A stretch of DNA of 64,000 bases from Cyanobacteriota bacterium. Lineage in GTDB: Bacteria > Cyanobacteriota > Cyanobacteriia > Thermostichales > Thermostichaceae. The notes under the pieces were generated by a model. That model worked only from the letters and a program-made list of their open reading frames with translations, was not told the origin of the DNA and made no database searches. This document shows positions 58,449 through 64,000 of the stretch, in pieces (positions within the stretch are counted from its first letter, which is position 1; the number at the start of each line of letters is the position of its first letter). The stretch is from contig JANRIL010000023.1 of the NCBI GenBank assembly GCA_033764955.1, positions 32,001-96,000 of the forward strand. Reading direction: 5' to 3'. Position numbers and translations under genes: made by a program.

Positions 58449-61190
58449 CTAGTGAATCTTTTCCAGCCAAGTGCGAACATTGACCCGCAAAACCTGCCCC
58501 AGTTGCAGGAGTTGCAGCAATCTCGGAGTAGAAATATCTTGGCAAGCTTCTTGAGGCCATGCCTGACATCGGGGAACAATTTGACTTTCTAAACAGGCCA
58601 AATAAAGCTCTTGTAAACGATCCAACCCAATGGGTAATTCCAGATCAGCAGCCAGATGTAACCAATACTCTAGTTTGATCAGTTGGGTATTGAAATCAGA
58701 AAGATTAAAGAGATGAGCCAGTTGCCATAGACAACGATGCAACAAGCGATCTAGGGTTTTGGCTGCCTCCCCCCGCCGCAGTTGACAGCCCAATTGCTGA
58801 GCTTCGTGGAGAATGGCTCGCAACTCCAGGGCATGATCATCTTGATGGCTATCTTCCATCTCCAAACCTTGTAAGCAGGCGATGAGTCGCTGATTGAGGC
58901 TGATCTGGGCAGCCACCTGGAGTTCTTCAGGAACTTCTAGGCCATCAGCCCGAAACGCCATCAAAATGCTGTAGTTATCCAGATAGGTTTGGCGATAGAG
59001 CTGATTGAGGCGACTGAGGGTGTCTTGGGTGAGCCACTGCATAATCTGCTGTCGCTCTTCCGTGGCTAGGTGGCTCAGGTTATAAACTTCCCGACCGAAC
59101 AGATCCTGAATAGCGATGACTAGCTCGACGCGGTTGAGCTTTCGGGATCCCCCCAACAATTGCGCCTTCAGTTCTTCGTAGGCACGTCGCCCCGGAAACA
59201 GTTGGATGCCGCAATGAAAGTCCCATCCCCCCAAATGCAAAACAGCATAGGCTAGTTCTTGGCTTTCGCGGGTGAGACTGGAATGGAGCTTCAAGCGCCC
59301 GACCGCTAATGTGGCTCCCCCCAGGGTGCGACGGTCGTGATCCAGTAGCTCCAATAGGTAGCCCTGTAATTCGGTGCGACGACCGCTATTGGCAAACAGG
59401 GAACTCATAGCATACTGAGCTGCTACCTTGCTGGGACTGATCAGGGCAGGTTGCACGAGGGCGCGGTAGACCCCTTCTCCATCGCGGAATTGCCCAACAT
59501 TACTAGGGGCGGGTTCCAGGCGGGTGCGAAACTCAGGTTCTAGATTGACCCCGGTCACCTCAGCCGCCAGTTCCATAGCCCGTGCTGCATAGCGGAGGAT
59601 TTGTACTCCCTCAGGGCGGGAAATTTCTTCAAAAAACCAGCCGCAACTGGTGAACATCAGTTGACTGTAGCGTTGGCTTTCCAGTAGTCGCAAGACATCC
59701 GTTTGTTCGACTGGGGTGAGGTCGTGCCGTTGGTGGCTTTGCAGAAAGGCAGACGTGGCTTCGCGGTTGAGGATCACCTCAATGTAGTGATCCCGTGCTT
59801 GCCAGGGATCCCGTAAATAGGCTTCCGCCTCGGTGACAAACAATCCAGCCAACTGATCCCGCAACCAGTTGAGAGCGGAACGGAGGGGTTGTCGCCATTT
59901 TTGATGCCAGCCACCGCCACCGCCACACCCACAGTCCGCCTGCCAGCGATCCACACCGTGGGAGCAACTCCAGGCGGTGACGGGTTTCAACTGCACCTCC
60001 CAGGTGGGGGGATGTTGGCTGAGGTAATGGGCATAATTGCTGACTTGCCAACCCCGACGGGGAAAGTCTTGAGTGAGAGCATAGGCGAGGGTGCGCTCCA
60101 CGCCTTTTTTGTGATGCCCAAAAGTCTCGCCATCGGTGGCACATTGGATGATTCGGTTATGGGGAAGGGATCCCTTGCTAGCGGCAGCCATCCGCCCACT
60201 TAAACGGCTGCTGTCATAGACCACATCACTAAAGCCAAGATCGCGGGAAATCGGGCCATCAAAAAAGAAAATATCCAGATAGGCTTCCCGGTTGGGCAGG
60301 TAATAGCGGTAGGGACGGGTGGGATCAATCTGCCCTTGGCTGACATCTTGCCACTCACTTGCCCCGGATCCCCCGATGGGACGACAGCGATAGGCTTGGC
60401 TGGGGGCAAGGATCGTAAAGCGGATGCCAGCTTCGATCAACGCCACGGCGGTAGCCTGATCAATGGCCGTTTCCGCCAGCCACATCCCCTCCGGTTGCCG
60501 TCCGAAGCGATGGCGAAAATCCGCGATGCCCCAGGCAATTTGGGTGCGTTTATCCCGTTCGCTGGCGAGGGGCAGGATGATGTGGTTGTATACCTGGGCG
60601 ATGGCGTTGCCATGCCCGTTTAGCCGTTGGGCACTGAGGCGATCGGCGGCCAGAATGCGTTGATAGACTTCGATATCCTGCTGCTCAATCCAGGAGAGGA
60701 GTGTGGGGCCAAAGTTAAAGCTGAGGTATTCGTAGTTGTTGACGATTTGTAACACCTGTCCCTGTCCATCCAAAATGCGGGCGAAGGCGTTGGGACGATA
60801 GCATTCCGCCAAAATCCGCTCGTTCCAGTTGTGGAAGGGGGCAGCGCTGGGTTGTCGTTCGATCGAGTTTGTCCAGGGATTTTCGCGGGGGGGCTGGTAA
60901 AAATGCCCGTGCATGGTCACGTAGATGGCGGGCTGGGTAGAGTTCGCCGTCAGCGCCTGTTTTTGCTCTTCCGAAATCAGTGGCGACAGCTCAGGCTGAG
61001 TTCCCTGCTCCATCGGGGACTGCGGCTGATTTTCTAGGGATTTTTCTAAAAAAGCATGGCTGCCAGCATCGAGTAGGGGAGAGGGGATCCCTGCCCCATG
61101 CTCCACAGGAGGAAGATCCTGTCTGTCGGGGGCTTGACCCACAGCTCCTAGGGAAGGGATGGCCGGAGTGGTTTCGGGAGGAGGGAGCAT
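58449..61190 (-). CDS. GH57-family / DUF3536 glycoside hydrolase
   Basis: HGHFYQPPRENPW, MWLAETA, ATDGETFGHH, AWSCSHG, MFTSCGWFFEE. Start uncertain (61190 or 61013). Confidence 0.88.
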   Translation of the reverse strand: MLPPPETTPAIPSLGAVGQAPDRQDLPPVEHGAGIPSPLLDAGSHAFLEKSLENQPQSPMEQGTQPELSPLISEEQKQALTANSTQPAIYVTMHGHFYQPPRENPWTNSIERQPSAAPFHNWNERILAECYRPNAFARILDGQGQVLQIVNNYEYLSFNFGPTLLSWIEQQDIEVYQRILAADRLSAQRLNGHGNAIAQVYNHIILPLASERDKRTQIAWGIADFRHRFGRQPEGMWLAETAIDQATAVALIEAGIRFTILAPSQAYRCRPIGGSGASEWQDVSQGQIDPTRPYRYYLPNREAYLDIFFFDGPISRDLGFSDVVYDSSRLSGRMAAASKGSLPHNRIIQCATDGETFGHHKKGVERTLAYALTQDFPRRGWQVSNYAHYLSQHPPTWEVQLKPVTAWSCSHGVDRWQADCGCGGGGGWHQKWRQPLRSALNWLRDQLAGLFVTEAEAYLRDPWQARDHYIEVILNREATSAFLQSHQRHDLTPVEQTDVLRLLESQRYSQLMFTSCGWFFEEISRPEGVQILRYAARAMELAAEVTGVNLEPEFRTRLEPAPSNVGQFRDGEGVYRALVQPALISPSKVAAQYAMSSLFANSGRRTELQGYLLELLDHDRRTLGGATLAVGRLKLHSSLTRESQELAYAVLHLGGWDFHCGIQLFPGRRAYEELKAQLLGGSRKLNRVELVIAIQDLFGREVYNLSHLATEERQQIMQWLTQDTLSRLNQLYRQTYLDNYSILMAFRADGLEVPEELQVAAQISLNQRLIACLQGLEMEDSHQDDHALELRAILHEAQQLGCQLRRGEAAKTLDRLLHRCLWQLAHLFNLSDFNTQLIKLEYWLHLAADLELPIGLDRLQELYLACLESQIVPRCQAWPQEACQDISTPRLLQLLQLGQVLRVNVRTWLEKIH

Positions 61191-61351
61191 TTCTATCCAA
61201 AGCAATCATTTTCAACACGTTACAATGATCCCTGGATCCCAGCTATGAATGTAAAGAATTTCGTCAGAATGTTTGTCCCCTGAAAAGTAGTTTTGAATAC
61301 GGAAATAATTGCTCAAAATAGAGATCTTGCTTTTTTCGTCCCGATCCCCCC

Positions 61352-62980
61352 CTACTCTAAATACCCCAATTCCTGCATCTGTTTAACCAAGTTGGCATCG
61401 CTGGTCAGGTCGATGGGAGTGGGATCCGTCAAACGATGGGGGCGACGGGCTTCCGCGGCAGCCACTTGAGTCTGCAACAGGGATTGCAGGTGGGCGGCAG
61501 ATTGGGGATCTGCCTGTAGTAGATCTTGGCTTTCGGAGGGATCCGCTTCGAGGTGGTAGAGGCTGGGGGTGGATCCCACCTGCACGAGCTTTTGGGATCC
61601 TTGGTAGAGGGCACGGCGGATGGTGTGACAGGCAAAGCGCTGCAATTGTTGATCGGCGCGTTTTTCCATAGCCCGAATCAAAATATGGGGGGGGAAACCT
61701 TCGCTGAGGACGGTGGCCTGTTCGGGATCCTCGCCGACGAGGGTGCGGCTCAGGCTCAGGCGGCTGATCTCACGGCGTTGCTGGCGATTGAGCAGGGCTT
61801 GAGAACTGGCTTGGGCGGTGGCAAAGGGGATCCCAGCTACTTCTAGAAGGGTGTGAAAGAGGCGGCGGGTGGACACAGGGGTAGCAATGCGTGCGCCAGC
61901 GGGGAATTGTTGGGGATAACGGATGATCAGGGGAACCCGCACCAACTCTTCATAAACCACAAAGGCATGGCCGACAAACTGGTGTTCCCCCAGCCCTTCG
62001 CCGTGATCCGCCACCACCACCACCAGCGTATTGCTGTCTAAGCCCGTGTTGTGCAGGGTTTCAAATAGGGATCCCAGTAAATGATCTTGATAGGCCACCT
62101 CGGCATCATAGATATCGCTCAACACCTGCGATTGCAAAGGGGTAAGCGGCTCCGGCAAGGGAGCCATCCAGCGATAGGGCTGATGGTTGTATTGCCGCAA
62201 AAAATCACGGGCAGCGCGATCTTGTAAAAAATAAGGAGCAAACTTTTGGATAAACGGTTCGGGGGGCCAGTAGGGGAGATGGGGTTCCATCAGGTTGACA
62301 AAGCAAAAGAAGGGCTTGTTTTGCTCCTGGGGACGGGATTGATCTAGGGCGGCTTGCCGCAAAAAGCGACTGACATCCCGCAGAGATTCGGCGGTATTGC
62401 CCTTAAAACTGATCGCCTTTGTCCAGAGAGGCACCAGCCAAGGATGTAAAGCCAGTTGGAAGAGGCGATCCGATTTAGCAAAGGCATTTTGTAGGGGGTA
62501 GGAGAGCTTCCGCCAAAATTGCGTGTACTGCTCCAGGAGGAAGTTAAGCGGGGGTGGCAGGGGGGTGGCGGCGGCGGGGCGGGTGGGCAGCGCTCCCCCA
62601 TAGTTATAAAAGGCTTCAAATCCACGGCGCAGGCCGTTTTTGAGAACCCCCACCAGAGGGTTGTTGCAAAACCCAACGGTGTGATACCCCCCCAACTTGA
62701 GGATCTCCGCCAGAGTAGGAAACTCCCGCCCCAATTCAATATCTGCCTGCACCGTTTGGTGGGTGCTGGGGTATTCACCCGTAAACATGGAGGCATGAGC
62801 TGGGATCGTCCACTGGGCAGGAGAAATGGCTCGCTCAAACAGGGTCGATTCCTCGGCAAAACGATCCAGGCAGGGGGTAGTGGGCGGACGTTCGGGATCC
62901 CGGTGCGAGGGATTGTAACAGGACAACCGATCCGCTCGTTGCGTATCGAGCACAACCATCAAAATATTCGGCTGCTGCAT
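61352..62980 (-). CDS. Sulfatase-like / alkaline phosphatase superfamily hydrolase
   Basis: PNILMVVLDTQRADRL, WTIPAHASMFTG, EPHLPY, ADHGE, LGYLE. Confidence 0.85.
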   Translation of the reverse strand: MQQPNILMVVLDTQRADRLSCYNPSHRDPERPPTTPCLDRFAEESTLFERAISPAQWTIPAHASMFTGEYPSTHQTVQADIELGREFPTLAEILKLGGYHTVGFCNNPLVGVLKNGLRRGFEAFYNYGGALPTRPAAATPLPPPLNFLLEQYTQFWRKLSYPLQNAFAKSDRLFQLALHPWLVPLWTKAISFKGNTAESLRDVSRFLRQAALDQSRPQEQNKPFFCFVNLMEPHLPYWPPEPFIQKFAPYFLQDRAARDFLRQYNHQPYRWMAPLPEPLTPLQSQVLSDIYDAEVAYQDHLLGSLFETLHNTGLDSNTLVVVVADHGEGLGEHQFVGHAFVVYEELVRVPLIIRYPQQFPAGARIATPVSTRRLFHTLLEVAGIPFATAQASSQALLNRQQRREISRLSLSRTLVGEDPEQATVLSEGFPPHILIRAMEKRADQQLQRFACHTIRRALYQGSQKLVQVGSTPSLYHLEADPSESQDLLQADPQSAAHLQSLLQTQVAAAEARRPHRLTDPTPIDLTSDANLVKQMQELGYLE

Positions 62981-63159
62981 AGTTCACTCACCCACACATA
63001 CCACTATCATTCTGCAACGGTGGCCTTGGCCGACCCCTGCCTTTGTTTACTTTAGTGGAGGGATGCCTGCTCTTCCAAGGGGATGCCTGGTTTGTGCCGC
63101 CGTGGGGTAGGCAAGACTTGTTAGAGTGAACCTTGGTTTTTTGAGAAGCGGCGTTATCT

Positions 63160-64000
63160 ATGGTGGGATCCTCCACGCTTTGGCGAGGGTTGCGGTTGTT
63201 AGATCCCCTAAATGATCTCGATCAGGAGGGGGATCTCTGGATCGAGCAAGGGGTGATTCGCTATGTGGGAAAGGCGGTCGAGCGGATCCCAGCGGCGACG
63301 ACGGTGGTGGAGGCACGGGGTTGGGTGGCAGGGCCAGGATTGATTGATCTCTATGCCCAAAGTGGGGAACCTGGCTTTGAACAGCGAGAGACGTTGGCCT
63401 CCCTGGCAGCGGCAGCACGGGCGGGGGGCTATACGCAGGTGGCGCTTTTGCCCTCCACCCATCCGGTTTTGGATCAGCGGGAACAATTGGATCGCTATCC
63501 CCAGAAGGTAGGGGATCCGCACTGGCTGCCCCTGATGGCGCTAACCTTAGGCGGACAAGGGGAACAGTTGAGCGAATTGGGATCCCTAGCGACTTCCCCA
63601 GGGGTGGCCTTTTGCCAGGACAACCCAGGGCTTTCTCTGGTGCTGCTGCAACGGGTTTTGGAGTATTTGCAACCTTTTCAAAAACCCCTTTTGATCTGGG
63701 CTTGGGATCCCCGTTTGGCGGCGGGAGGCGGCCTGTTTGAGGGAGATTGGGCGCTGCGGTTGGGGGTAAAAGGTATCCCCGCCACAGCAGAAACCACGCA
63801 AGTCGCCAGTGTGCTGGAATTGCTGCGGCGGATCCCGACTCCCATTCATCTGATGCGAATTAGCCAAAGCCGCAGTCTGGAGTTGATTGCCCAGGCGCAA
63901 CAGGCGGGGATCCCTGTGACGGCTAGCACCAGTTGGATGCATCTGCTGCATTCAGAGGCAGATATCTGGGATCACCACTATCATCCCGCTCTGCGGGTGC
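63160..64000 (+). CDS. pyrC: Dihydroorotase-like protein, PyrC' type (3' partial; missing from ORF track)
   Basis: My translation: MVGSSTLWRGLRLLDP...GPGLIDLYAQSGEPGFEQRETLASLAAAARAGGYTQVALLP. Lacks the HxH metal motif. Confidence 0.82.
   Translation, partial: MVGSSTLWRGLRLLDPLNDLDQEGDLWIEQGVIRYVGKAVERIPAATTVVEARGWVAGPGLIDLYAQSGEPGFEQRETLASLAAAARAGGYTQVALLPSTHPVLDQREQLDRYPQKVGDPHWLPLMALTLGGQGEQLSELGSLATSPGVAFCQDNPGLSLVLLQRVLEYLQPFQKPLLIWAWDPRLAAGGGLFEGDWALRLGVKGIPATAETTQVASVLELLRRIPTPIHLMRISQSRSLELIAQAQQAGIPVTASTSWMHLLHSEADIWDHHYHPALRV

Overview
Cyanobacterial chromosome segment. About 90 hand-counted copies of the palindrome GGGATCCC (canonical HIP1 GCGATCGC not noticed) point to the Thermostichus / hot-spring Synechococcus OS-A/B'-like lineage. 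Mostly housekeeping genes: flv1, a nirA-nrtABCD-narB operon with NtcA and NtcB-type promoter sites, recN, a tandem ArsA/Get3-like ATPase, cobO, a Ser/Thr kinase, an ECF sigma/anti-sigma pair, codA, tatD, sbcD, dam, pyrR, pgsA-ruvC, gap2, hemL, an RbcR-type LysR, liv/nat ABC genes, a K+ channel-like protein, a GH57/DUF3536 protein, a sulfatase-like protein and a partial pyrC'. No tRNA, rRNA, CRISPR array or transposase was seen. Best novelty candidates: (1) an AT-rich two-gene cassette, J-domain co-chaperone plus HNH nuclease, behind a decayed 3' fragment of era; (2) a signal peptide-SNase-TM-PspA/Vipp1 hairpin fusion; (3) a secreted protein resembling animal FABP/CRABP lipid-binding proteins; (4) a coiled-coil protein ending in an FtsZ C-terminal-peptide-like motif; (5) a 120-bp MITE. 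All family calls come from motif recognition by eye, not database searches.
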